A stretch of 64,000 nt of DNA, from the NCBI GenBank assembly GCA_041483675.1, contig JBGPGE010000003.1:22502-86501 (forward strand), written 5' to 3'. Both the position numbers and the translations under genes were made by a program. The notes under the pieces were generated by a model that saw only the letters and a list, made by a program, of their open reading frames with translations, did not search any database and was not told the origin of the DNA. Origin of the DNA: Candidatus Binatia bacterium (GTDB taxonomy: Bacteria; Desulfobacterota; Binatia; UBA9968). This document shows, in pieces, positions 8,296-19,162 of the stretch. How positions within the stretch are numbered: the stretch's first letter is position 1; each line of letters opens with the position of its first letter.

Positions 8296-9332
8296 AGCCT
8301 AGTCCGCGAAAAATATTGATCGTGCTGCACGGCTCGATCGGAGACGTCACCCGGGCGATTCCCCTGGCGAATCTCGTGCGCAGGGGTTTTCCTCAAGCGT
8401 TTATCGCGTGGGCGATCGAGCCGGCCGCGGCGCCGCTGGTGGAGCGGCATCCGGCGATCGACGAGATAATTTTATTCGAGCGCGCCGAATGGCGCCGCAC
8501 TCTATGGGCGTTTCTTCGACGGATACGCGCGCATCGGTTCGATCTGGTCCTGGACCTCCAGCGCCATCTCAAGAGCGGCCTTATCAGCCGGTGGTCCGGG
8601 GCGGCCGCGCGGGTCGGATTCCACCGCCTCAACGCCAAGGAACTGAACTGGATGTTCAATAACCGGCACATTGCGGCGGCGGACACCGGAAGTTCAAAGC
8701 TCCGGGATTACTTGAAGTTCGCCGAGCTTCTCGGTATAGAGCCGTATCCTATCGAGTGGGACTTTCCGCTGCTGGCGGAGGAGGCGGAGCGCGTTGACGC
8801 CATCGTCGACGCGGTCGGCGGGCCGTTCGCCGCTTTCTACGTGGGAGCGCGATGGGAGAGCAAGCGCTGGTTCGCTCGCGAGACGGCAGAGGCCGGGGCT
8901 GAGATTCACCGGCGCTACGGGCTTGAGATCGTTCTCTTGGGAGGGCCGAATGACGCTCCGTTTGCGCAAGAGGTGCAGCGCCACGCCGCGATCCGATTGT
9001 TCGATTGGACCGGCCGGACGGCGCTGCGCGAGGCAATCGGGATTTTGAGCCGCGCGAAGGTTTCGATCGGGCCGGACTCCGGTCTCATGCATCTCTCGGC
9101 GGCGGTTGGGACGCCGGTCGTCTCGCTCTGGGGAGCGACCGACCCGGAGCGCACCGGGCCTTTCGGGTACGAGCGGTTGCTGCTTCAGGGAAGAGCGGCC
9201 TGCGCGCCCTGCTATCTCAGGCGCTGCCCGATCGGGCGGGTTTGCATGCGTTCCATCACGAGCGAGAGCGTCGTCGAAAAAGTCGGCGAGGCGCTCTCCC
9301 GGAAAGGGGGGGATCGTGACGCGCCCCGCTAG
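8292..9332 (+). CDS. ADP-heptose:LPS heptosyltransferase (GT9), second copy
   Basis: KILIVLHGSIGDVTRAIPLANLVRRGFP and SIGPDSGLMHLSAAVGTPVVSLWGATDP are GT9 motifs. ATGA overlap with the preceding kinase gene. Confidence 0.8.
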   Translation: MKPSPRKILIVLHGSIGDVTRAIPLANLVRRGFPQAFIAWAIEPAAAPLVERHPAIDEIILFERAEWRRTLWAFLRRIRAHRFDLVLDLQRHLKSGLISRWSGAAARVGFHRLNAKELNWMFNNRHIAAADTGSSKLRDYLKFAELLGIEPYPIEWDFPLLAEEAERVDAIVDAVGGPFAAFYVGARWESKRWFARETAEAGAEIHRRYGLEIVLLGGPNDAPFAQEVQRHAAIRLFDWTGRTALREAIGILSRAKVSIGPDSGLMHLSAAVGTPVVSLWGATDPERTGPFGYERLLLQGRAACAPCYLRRCPIGRVCMRSITSESVVEKVGEALSRKGGDRDAPR

Positions 9333-10188
9333 CTACCTGCGGCATTACGACGGCGGCTGGCGTCTCCTCGTCGTTCGGGAAGCGTGGAGCGATGCGCTGT
9401 GGGCGGCGGTGCGATCGGAGATGGAAGGCGCCGAGGCGTCGCGCCATCCGACGACCCGGCGATTGCGTTTTCCGTCGGGCGGTGGAGGCCGCGATTATTT
9501 TTTGAAGCTCTACTTTCCGTCGGCCGGTTTTGCCGGCGAAATCAAAGATATGCTTCGCGATTCAAGAGCGCTCCGCGCCCTGAAGCAGGGAGAGGCGCTC
9601 GGCCGGAACGGCTTTAACACGCCGCCGGCGATCGCCGCGGGAGAAGAGAGGATCTGCGGCCTGCTCAAACGCGCATTTTTGTTGACGGCCGAGATCGAGG
9701 CCCGGCCGATTGCGGCGCTGCTGCGCGAGCAGTTCACGCCGCCGCTCGACCGGATTCGGTTGGCGAGAAAACGCGCCTGGCTGAGAAAGCTCGCGTTCCA
9801 GGTCCGTCGGCTCCACGAGCTTGGCTTTGTTCACGGCGACCTCGTCCCGTCGAACATCTTCGCCCGGCCGGAGCAAGAAGAGGTGACGTTTTTCTACATG
9901 GACAACGACCGAACGCGACGCTATCCGAGCTGGATGCCGCAGCGGCTTTGGCGGAGAAATCTCGTACAGCTCAATCGCTTCGTGCTGCCCGGGATTTCGC
10001 TTCAGGACCGAATGAGGTTTTTGCGCGGCTACCTCGGAGAGCCGCCCTGGGCTGAAAGCGCGCGGCGCCTCATCCATTGGCTGGAGCTGAAGACCCGGCA
10101 GCGGCGCAAAGAATGCGACCAGATCGAAACCCAGGCGAGTTTTAGGGAGCTTATGAGATGGAACGGTCCTTTCGCTCAAAATTCTTAA
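9316..10188 (+). CDS. Lipopolysaccharide kinase (Kdo/WaaP family), second copy
   Basis: VHGDLVPSNIF catalytic loop and MDNDRT. GTG start is preceded by the G-rich AAAGGGGGGG. An alternative start further downstream is possible. Confidence 0.7.
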   Translation: MTRPASYLRHYDGGWRLLVVREAWSDALWAAVRSEMEGAEASRHPTTRRLRFPSGGGGRDYFLKLYFPSAGFAGEIKDMLRDSRALRALKQGEALGRNGFNTPPAIAAGEERICGLLKRAFLLTAEIEARPIAALLREQFTPPLDRIRLARKRAWLRKLAFQVRRLHELGFVHGDLVPSNIFARPEQEEVTFFYMDNDRTRRYPSWMPQRLWRRNLVQLNRFVLPGISLQDRMRFLRGYLGEPPWAESARRLIHWLELKTRQRRKECDQIETQASFRELMRWNGPFAQNS

Positions 10189-11639
10189 CACAAATATGGG
10201 ACGCGCTTGACCCGCAAGCGGGTCCGCCGCTTCAGAGCGACGGCTTGGAAGGGCAGGCGCTGGCCCGCCCGATCTTCCATGTCGGCATTCTGATCGCGCT
10301 GGCGATCGTCTATCACTTCGCCCAGATCGGCACGAAAGTGCTTGAAGGAGACGAGGCCACCTACGCGCTGTTATCCAAAACCATCGCGATGACCGGCGAT
10401 TGGGGCCGGCTCGCGCTGAATGGCGAGCCCTACGTGCGCAAGCCGCCGCTCTATTTCTGGCTCACTGCAGGGCTGTTTCAGTTCTTACCCATTTCAGGAT
10501 TCAGCGCGTCCGTCGTGTCATCTCTCTTCGGGGTGGCGGATACCCTGCTTGTTTATGTTCTCTGTCGCGCGATGTTCCCGGGCTGGGTGACCGCGTTCGC
10601 CTCTTCACTCGCCTATCTCACGACCCATGAGGTGCTTCACTGGAGCCGCGGCGTCCACCTGGAAACCCTGGTGACCTTTTGGCTGCTCTTGGGTCTTCTG
10701 GCTGTGTATTGGTCGGTGCGGCGTCCGGCGATCACAGTGATCGTGGGCGTGACGCTGGCCGGCGGTTGGCTCTCCAAAGGAGTGCAGGGGTTGTATCCGG
10801 CGGCGCTTCTCTTTCTGGTCTGGATGAAAGAGCGGATTCTCTTTCGCCGGCTGCTGTCGATCTGGGGCGTGATCATCGTTTGTCTGTTCGGGGCTGCGGT
10901 AGCGAGCTGGATTTGGCTCGGCAGCGGCGGCGCGAAACACTTTATCGAAGGCTATCTGGTAAAGCAGGTCGGCGCCAAGCTCTTCGGCAGTCTCGTTCCC
11001 GGCAATGGTTATTGGTTTTATCTTCGTCTCCTGCTCGCGACGTATTGGCCGTGGCTGCCCGCGGCCGTGATCGGCATCATACTGCTCGCGCGGAGTTGGC
11101 GGAGCTCGGCGGGGGCCAGGGTCTGGCTGCTGTTCGGCGCAATCGTGGCTGTTGCGATTTTGCTTACCAAGGAAAAGCGGACCCGCTATCTTTTTCAACT
11201 CTACCCCGTCCTCTCCGTCGCTTCCGGGATCGCCCTGGCACGCTGGACGGAACGCTTCCCGCGACTGCCGGTGTTGTTCGTCGGCCTGACCTTGGTGGGC
11301 GCGGCTTCCCTCGGTGTCTTTGGGGGCCGGCACTCCGCCCCCGCGCAGAAAACGCGGGAGACTGTTCTCATTGCGGAGCGGCTCGAATCAGAATCAATGC
11401 GGCCGGTCCTCATCACGGAGCGGACACAGCATGGGCGGCCGAGAGTGGGACGAACCCTTGGTTTCTACGCGGCCCCGCTGCTTCGCACCTGCAAAGCGCG
11501 CTGCCTGGAGGAGGCGGTTCCGGGATCGACCATCGTGGCTCGATCGGAGGAGGCCGATCGGGTGGCGTCGGAAGTCGGCGGCCAGGTGTCTTACGGCAAC
11601 GGCACCCTGGCGATCGTTGTCGTGCCGGAAAAATCCTAG
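10158..11639 (+). CDS. ArnT/PMT-like (GT39/GT83) integral-membrane glycosyltransferase with C-terminal soluble domain
   Basis: About 11 predicted TM helices. DEATYALLSKTIAMTGDW...RKPPLYFWL matches the conserved DE..Y and RKPPL loop of ArnT/PMT_2 family lipid-linked glycosyl/aminoarabinose transferases. Confidence 0.7.
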   Translation: MERSFRSKFLTQIWDALDPQAGPPLQSDGLEGQALARPIFHVGILIALAIVYHFAQIGTKVLEGDEATYALLSKTIAMTGDWGRLALNGEPYVRKPPLYFWLTAGLFQFLPISGFSASVVSSLFGVADTLLVYVLCRAMFPGWVTAFASSLAYLTTHEVLHWSRGVHLETLVTFWLLLGLLAVYWSVRRPAITVIVGVTLAGGWLSKGVQGLYPAALLFLVWMKERILFRRLLSIWGVIIVCLFGAAVASWIWLGSGGAKHFIEGYLVKQVGAKLFGSLVPGNGYWFYLRLLLATYWPWLPAAVIGIILLARSWRSSAGARVWLLFGAIVAVAILLTKEKRTRYLFQLYPVLSVASGIALARWTERFPRLPVLFVGLTLVGAASLGVFGGRHSAPAQKTRETVLIAERLESESMRPVLITERTQHGRPRVGRTLGFYAAPLLRTCKARCLEEAVPGSTIVARSEEADRVASEVGGQVSYGNGTLAIVVVPEKS

Positions 11640-11876
11640 CAGCGGTCGGTTGCGTGGGAGAGCGATCGGGTTGCGACAAAAATCAGACGCCCCTTTTGGT
11701 TGTGATCCTCCAAGGTAAGCGTCGTCGCCAACCGCAACTCCTGGGCTGCGGACGGAATCATAGGCCAGCTTGACATAAGACCGCCTTCAACGGATAATCA
11801 ACAACGCGAAAGTAAGCGAAGAAATCTACTGCAATCTTCTCCTCTAAACCTAAGTGTTCAGCGGTCGTTTCGCATA

Positions 11877-12479
11877 ATGGGCTTACAACTCGAATACATT
11901 AACTTCATCGACACGACTACCGCGCTCGGCGGATTCCAGCGGGCGACAGGGTTGAAGATGTGTGAGTTGGGTAACCAGAAGATCCGCGTAAGCGCAGCTC
12001 AAATAACGAAAGCCAAAACCGGCAAGGAGTACTTCAGCAGCCTGGGGTATGACCATACGTCGATCGATCGGAACGGATTGGATGGGGCGTTGCCGCTGGA
12101 CCTGTGCGAACCGATCGATACCCCGGAACTCATCGGACAGTTTGACGTTTTGACTAATTCGGGCACAAGCGAGCATGTCGAAGATCAATATGAGTGCTTC
12201 AAAAATATTCACTCTTTGGTGAGGCAGAACGGCATCTTTATCCACCTGAACCCCAAGACGGGCTCCTGGCGCAGGCACGGCCTTTACTATTACACGTTCG
12301 ACTTCCATCGCCGGCTAGCGAGCGGAGCCGATTATGAAATCCTCCAGGAAGCCGACATCGCCCCTAAAGAAGGAGAGTTCCACCTCGTCTGCGTGGGACT
12401 CAAAAAACGCGGGAGAAACCCGTTCATCTCTCGGATCGAATTCAAAAAAATTGCCTCAGCCACGATTTTTCGGGCGTGA
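11877..12479 (+). CDS. Class I SAM-dependent methyltransferase-like protein in a low-GC island
   Basis: DVLTNSGTSEHVED and LVRQNGIFIHL resemble Methyltransf_11/23 post-I/II motifs. The gene and its 237-bp upstream spacer are ~50% GC versus ~65% for flanking DNA. Confidence 0.5.
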   Translation: MGLQLEYINFIDTTTALGGFQRATGLKMCELGNQKIRVSAAQITKAKTGKEYFSSLGYDHTSIDRNGLDGALPLDLCEPIDTPELIGQFDVLTNSGTSEHVEDQYECFKNIHSLVRQNGIFIHLNPKTGSWRRHGLYYYTFDFHRRLASGADYEILQEADIAPKEGEFHLVCVGLKKRGRNPFISRIEFKKIASATIFRA

Positions 12480-12535
12480 GGCATGATGTCTTTTCCGAGC
12501 AGAGAGAATAGACTCACGGAAAGGACGGGCGCCGG

Positions 12536-13261
12536 ATGAAGCTGTCGAAAAGCGGGATGTGGTTCTTTTCTCCCTGCCCGGACCAAGTGGAATTGGACGG
12601 AGTCAGAGTCCCACTCAAGAATTCCCCTTTGGACCCCAAGACGCGGCGGCGGTTAATGCGCGGCTCGTACGAGCTACCCGAGTGCGACTTAGTCCGTACC
12701 TTCATCAAGCCGGGAGAGCAAGTCTTAGAATTGGGCGCATCGGTGGGCATTGTGACCTGTTTTCTCGGCCGCCAAGCCGGCTCCACCGGTCGCTTGGTGT
12801 GCGTCGAGGCGGATGCTCGTCTGAAAGCGCCGTTCGAGACGCAATTGGCCGTGAACGGCGTCCGCGCCGTCTGGGTTAACGCCCTCTGTTGCCCTCTCTG
12901 GCAGGACCAGGTGCCGGCTCATATCGCCAAAATGTCATTTCAACAATCGGAACGAACGCTCTCCGGGCGGGCTGTCGCCGGGCCCGCCGGGGGCGAGGGT
13001 GCTCCGTGGCTAACCGCTCTGGCCATCTGTCGGGAAACCAAATTGGAGCCTACCGCGCTCGTGGTCGACATCGAAGGCAGCGAAGGCGTTTGGAGCGAAT
13101 ATCCACCGAACTTGCCGGACTCGATCGGCCTCGTGATCGCCGAATTTCATCCGGGGTTGTTGGGATCGACGATCACGGGGCAAGCGGTCCAAGCGATCCT
13201 GGAACAGGGATTTGTCGTAGCGGCACTGCGCCAAAACGTCCTTGCGTTTAAACGGAGATAG
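12536..13261 (+). CDS. FkbM-family methyltransferase
   Basis: VLELGASVGIVT (SAM-binding glycine motif) and ALVVDIEGSEGVW...IAEFH are characteristic of the FkbM domain. Confidence 0.7.
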   Translation: MKLSKSGMWFFSPCPDQVELDGVRVPLKNSPLDPKTRRRLMRGSYELPECDLVRTFIKPGEQVLELGASVGIVTCFLGRQAGSTGRLVCVEADARLKAPFETQLAVNGVRAVWVNALCCPLWQDQVPAHIAKMSFQQSERTLSGRAVAGPAGGEGAPWLTALAICRETKLEPTALVVDIEGSEGVWSEYPPNLPDSIGLVIAEFHPGLLGSTITGQAVQAILEQGFVVAALRQNVLAFKRR

Positions 13262-13322
13262 CCGCCGTGCCGGGCGTTAAAGAAACAGACGCCGTCTCAC
13301 CTTCGCACGCTCCACTTGTGGT

Positions 13323-14477
13323 ATGAAGCTCGCCCTGGCCCATAAGAGACTGGATCTCGCCGGAGGCACTGAGAGGGACTTTTACCGAACCGCGCAGGCG
13401 TTGCGGGATCTCGGCCATGAGGTGCATCTGTTCTGCGCCGAGATCAGGACCGCTCCGCCCGCCGGCGTCGTGGCCCACAGAATATTCGTGCCGCCGTTGG
13501 GACGGACGGCCCGGCTGCTCGGCTTCGCTTTTCTCGGCCCAAAGATCATTCGGCGACACGGCTGCGATCTTGTGGTTGGCTTCGGGCGCATGACGTCGCA
13601 GGACGTGCTGCGCAGCGGCGGCGGCTCTCATCGGGTCTTTTTGGACAAGATGAAGGTCGGAGAGAATGTTTTGCGCCGTTTGTGGCATAACGTGAGCCTG
13701 TACCACCGGAGCGTGTTGGCCGTGGAGCGGCTCCAGTTTCAAGCGGGAAACTATAAACGGATTCTGGCCGTGTCGGCGGAAGTGAAACGCGAAATCGTTA
13801 CGACGTACGGCGTGCCCGAAGAAAAAGTCTGCGTGATCTACAACGGAGTGGACGACCGGCGATTTCACCCGCGCAACCGGGAGGCGGCGCGCGCCGCGAT
13901 CAAGCGGCAGTTGGGGATTCCGCTCGATCGGTCCCTGGCGCTGTTTGTCGGCAGCGGTTTCCAGAGAAAGGGACTGGAGAGGCTGCTGCGGGTTTGGGGA
14001 GCCGGGCGGCTCAACGACGTCTGTCTTTTGGTGGTGGGCGACGACGCGCAGATCGCCCGCTATCGCCTGCGAGCCGAGCGGGAATTCGGCGGGCGCGTCG
14101 TTTTTGCCGGACCGAGGGAAAACGTCGAGGATTACTTCGCCGCGGCCGATATTTTTCTCCTGCCGGCCTTTCAAGAGGCTTTCGGCAACGTGGTGCTGGA
14201 GGCATTGGCTTCCGGCCTTCCGGTTTTGGTTAGCCGCCAGGTCGGCGCTTCCGAAGTGCTCAGCGGCGCGATGGAAGAATGCTTTCTGGTCTCCCCCGAC
14301 GATCCGGTTGCCGTCGAATCGCAAATTCGCGCGTTGCTCGATACCGGTCGCTGGAGCGATCTGTCTCAGCGCGCTCGAACGATCGGCGAGCGATACTCGT
14401 GGAATAACCACTTTCAGGAGCTCGAGCGCCGCCTTCTGGAGGTGGCCGAACAAAAACGCCGTGCCAGCAAATCCTGA
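13323..14477 (+). CDS. Glycosyltransferase family 4 (GT-B, WaaG-like)
   Basis: C-terminal EAFGNVVLEALASGLPVLVS is the GT4 EX7E-type motif region. The N-terminus is Rossmann-like. Confidence 0.85.
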   Translation: MKLALAHKRLDLAGGTERDFYRTAQALRDLGHEVHLFCAEIRTAPPAGVVAHRIFVPPLGRTARLLGFAFLGPKIIRRHGCDLVVGFGRMTSQDVLRSGGGSHRVFLDKMKVGENVLRRLWHNVSLYHRSVLAVERLQFQAGNYKRILAVSAEVKREIVTTYGVPEEKVCVIYNGVDDRRFHPRNREAARAAIKRQLGIPLDRSLALFVGSGFQRKGLERLLRVWGAGRLNDVCLLVVGDDAQIARYRLRAEREFGGRVVFAGPRENVEDYFAAADIFLLPAFQEAFGNVVLEALASGLPVLVSRQVGASEVLSGAMEECFLVSPDDPVAVESQIRALLDTGRWSDLSQRARTIGERYSWNNHFQELERRLLEVAEQKRRASKS

Positions 14478-15327
14478 CCATCTCTGTCTGCGATTGGGCG
14501 ACTGCTCGCTGTGGATCTCGCGGGAAGCGTACGACAGCGCGGCCGCCATCGAGCTTTTGGCCGATCCGGACCGGCTCTTCTCCGAGCCCCGCGCCGAGGT
14601 CGTCAAAGATCAAAAAAAAATCAAGGTTGCTCGAATCTCGGGGGGCATAGCGGGGAGCGCCGCAAATGTTTATCTCAAGCGCTACAACGCATTTTCCTGG
14701 CGCTACCGGCTATTTTCCATACTCGGACCCTCCGCCGCGCGGCGGGCATGGCGCGGCGCTTCGATCTTGATTGAGAACGGGTTCCAGACGGGCCGCCCGG
14801 TCGCCGCCGTCGAGTGCCGCTCGTGGGGGATGCTCACGAAAAGCTTCTACGTCTCGCAGGAAATTCCTTCGGCCAAGACGGTGGACGCCTGCTGGATCGA
14901 AGAACTTTCCCGCGGCCGTGGAGCCGAAGAACGGCGCCGCAGAAGAGAGTTGCTTCAAGCCTCGGCCGCGCTCTTTCGCCGTCTTCACCAGGCGCGCATC
15001 TACCATAACGATCTTAAAGACGCGAACATTCTTGTCGGTCCCGCGGATCGCTACACAGAGCAATCCTTTTTCCTCCTCGATCTCGAAGGCATCCGGCGCG
15101 TCTCTCGGCTGGGTCTCAGGCGGCGGATAAAGAACCTCGTGCAGTTGAACCGGACCCTCGGCCGCTTCGTCAGCCGGGCCGAGAAATGGCGCTGGGCCAG
15201 GGTTTATCTCGGGCCGGAGTTCCATGATCGCGCCACAAGAAGAATCTGGCTTCAGCGGATCGTCAAGGCGACCGCGCGCGCCGACGCGCACTCGATGCGC
15301 AAGCGGAACCGTGATTTGACAAAGTAG
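14461..15327 (+). CDS. Lipopolysaccharide kinase (Kdo/WaaP family), third copy
   Basis: YHNDLKDANILV catalytic loop and LLDLEG. Proposed GTG start overlaps the GT4 stop by 17 nt, so the start is uncertain. The gene contains an A9 tract at about 14612-14620. Confidence 0.65.
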   Translation: MPANPDHLCLRLGDCSLWISREAYDSAAAIELLADPDRLFSEPRAEVVKDQKKIKVARISGGIAGSAANVYLKRYNAFSWRYRLFSILGPSAARRAWRGASILIENGFQTGRPVAAVECRSWGMLTKSFYVSQEIPSAKTVDACWIEELSRGRGAEERRRRRELLQASAALFRRLHQARIYHNDLKDANILVGPADRYTEQSFFLLDLEGIRRVSRLGLRRRIKNLVQLNRTLGRFVSRAEKWRWARVYLGPEFHDRATRRIWLQRIVKATARADAHSMRKRNRDLTK

Positions 15328-15349
15328 AGCCGGTTGTGTACGGTTTTAA

Positions 15350-17092
<1,743 letters not shown>

Positions 17093-17173
17093 AACGATCG
17101 GTCGCTTACGTTTCACCGCGCCGTCTGGCGCCGCCGGCTTTTGCTTACGGACTACCGGAAATAATCGAGACCC

Positions 17174-18205
17174 ATGACGACAAGCCACGTCAGCTGCATC
17201 GTCGGAATGCACCGCAGCGGGACTTCTATGGTCTCGCGGCTGCTCAATCTTTGCGGGCTCGACCTGGGGCGGCCTTACGAACTTACGGAGGCCAACAAAA
17301 ATAATCCGGTCGGTTATTTCGAGAACAAAGCCTTCAATAAGATCAACCGGGCGCTCCTGTCGCACCTAGGAAAGAGCTGGGCCAATCCGCCGGCGATCGG
17401 CGACGGATGGGAGACCGATCCGGCGTTGGCGGCGCTTGCCGAGGAGGGCCGGCGCGTGATCGAGAGCTTTGCCGGCAGCCCGCACTGGGGCTGGAAAGAC
17501 CCCAAGACCACGGTGGTCTTGCCCTTTTGGCAGCGCTTGCTTCCCGGGATGCGCTATGTCGTTTGCCTGCGCAACCCGGTGGAGGTGGCCGAGTCGCTGG
17601 CGAAGCGCAACGGCTTTCCGATCGAGCATGGCGCCTATCTGTGGCATCACTACACGCGCGCCGCGATCCGGTACACGGAAGGGCGCCGGAGGATATTTGC
17701 TTTTTACGAGGATTTTTTTACCGACGGCGCGGCGGAACTCGAGAGATTAGCGGTATTTTGCGGTTTGGGAGCGGCGGGCGATCGGAGCCATGCGTTGGAG
17801 ACGATCCTGCCCGATCTGCGTCACCATCGGGATCAAACCGCTCGACTCTTAGACCACGCCGAAATTGCGGCCGAGCACAAACTGTTTTACCTAGGACTCC
17901 GGGCCTTGGCCGCCGTAGAGCCGACGGATGCAGACGTTGACGGGGAGAGGGAGGCCGTTGTCTCCGAGAGAGTCGCGCGGATGGAGAGTCTCTTTGCGGC
18001 TTTCGAGGACCAGCAGCCGATCGCGCGCCTCGAATCCGAACTGGCGGAAAAGGAGCAGCGGCTGCGGGAACTCCACGCCAAACTTCGACGCGTGGAAGAG
18101 GCCGTGGCGGAGAGTCGCAGAAAATGGGGTTTCAGGTTGGCGACCGGGCTCGGCAGAATTTTTCGAATGGAAAAGTCTGCCGCGGGCGCGCGGAAACGGT
18201 CATAA
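17174..18205 (+). CDS. Sulfotransferase family protein
   Basis: 5'-PSB motif GMHRSGTS near the N-terminus and 3'-PB CLRNPVEVAESL (RNP) match PAPS-dependent sulfotransferases (Stf0/NodH-like). A coiled-coil C-terminus follows. Confidence 0.75.
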   Translation: MTTSHVSCIVGMHRSGTSMVSRLLNLCGLDLGRPYELTEANKNNPVGYFENKAFNKINRALLSHLGKSWANPPAIGDGWETDPALAALAEEGRRVIESFAGSPHWGWKDPKTTVVLPFWQRLLPGMRYVVCLRNPVEVAESLAKRNGFPIEHGAYLWHHYTRAAIRYTEGRRRIFAFYEDFFTDGAAELERLAVFCGLGAAGDRSHALETILPDLRHHRDQTARLLDHAEIAAEHKLFYLGLRALAAVEPTDADVDGEREAVVSERVARMESLFAAFEDQQPIARLESELAEKEQRLRELHAKLRRVEEAVAESRRKWGFRLATGLGRIFRMEKSAAGARKRS

Positions 18206-18239
18206 CGGTTGCGCCGTCGAAAGGAGTGACCCGCTTCCG

Positions 18240-19145
18240 ATGATCAGCGAATTGAAGTGGCGCTATCTCGACAATCTCGGTCCGCTGCTGGCTCATCGGC
18301 GGGAGCGGCAGCCACTGGCCGGCGAGGCGGCGCGTGTAGTCGCCGAGTTGAATCGGAACGGCATCGCGATGACGTCGGTGGCCGCCCTGCTGCGCGATGG
18401 GTCGTTTTTTTCCTCGCTTGAGACCGCCGTCGCCGAGTTGGAGCGGCTGGCGGCGGACGAGATCGCGGCGGCGAGACAGGCCGCCAATCGCGCCGACGGC
18501 TGGAAAACCTATCTTATTGAGTTTCTCGGAAAACATCCCGTGCTCGAGCCGCAGAGCGTTTGCGCCCGTTTTGCGTTGCAGCCGGAGATCCTCAACATCG
18601 CCAATGCGTACTTCGGGATGCGCACCCGGCTCAGGACCTATAATGTCTGGCGCAACTTCGCCACGAAAATAGCGCCGCGCAACTCCCAACTCTGGCACCG
18701 CGATCCCGAGGATCGTTACGTGCTGAAACTGTTTGTGTATCTCGACGATGTGGATCGGGGCTGCGGCCCCATCGCCTACGCGGCGGGCAGCCATCCCAAG
18801 CGGGGATTGAAGCGGGCGCCGGCTTTCACGAAGACGGCTGAGGACAAGGCGAGGCGCAGCGACGACGGCCAGATGGCCGAGGTGGCGCCGCGGGACCGCT
18901 GGATCGACGGGATCGGTCCTAAAGGGACGATGGTCTTTGCGGATACGCGGGGATATCACAAGGGCGGGCAGGCGACGGAGCGCGAGCGGCTCCTGTATAT
19001 GTGCATGTTTACCTCCAGAGCCTCGAGATATCCGGAAGGCTTTACGCGTCCTGCGGGGTTTGCCGCCCCGGAGGGAATCGACCGAGAACAGATGTTCGCC
19101 CTAAGCGCCGAGGACAGGGAGCAACGTGGTTTGGAAAGGCGTTAA
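18240..19145 (+). CDS. Phytanoyl-CoA dioxygenase (PhyH)-family Fe(II)/2-oxoglutarate oxygenase
   Basis: HRDPED (H-x-D) and a later GSH...R resemble the PhyH double-stranded beta-helix facial triad. GTG start has AAAGGAG upstream. Confidence 0.7.
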   Translation: MISELKWRYLDNLGPLLAHRRERQPLAGEAARVVAELNRNGIAMTSVAALLRDGSFFSSLETAVAELERLAADEIAAARQAANRADGWKTYLIEFLGKHPVLEPQSVCARFALQPEILNIANAYFGMRTRLRTYNVWRNFATKIAPRNSQLWHRDPEDRYVLKLFVYLDDVDRGCGPIAYAAGSHPKRGLKRAPAFTKTAEDKARRSDDGQMAEVAPRDRWIDGIGPKGTMVFADTRGYHKGGQATERERLLYMCMFTSRASRYPEGFTRPAGFAAPEGIDREQMFALSAEDREQRGLERR

Positions 19146-19162
19146 CCGCCATCGGCTTCTTC

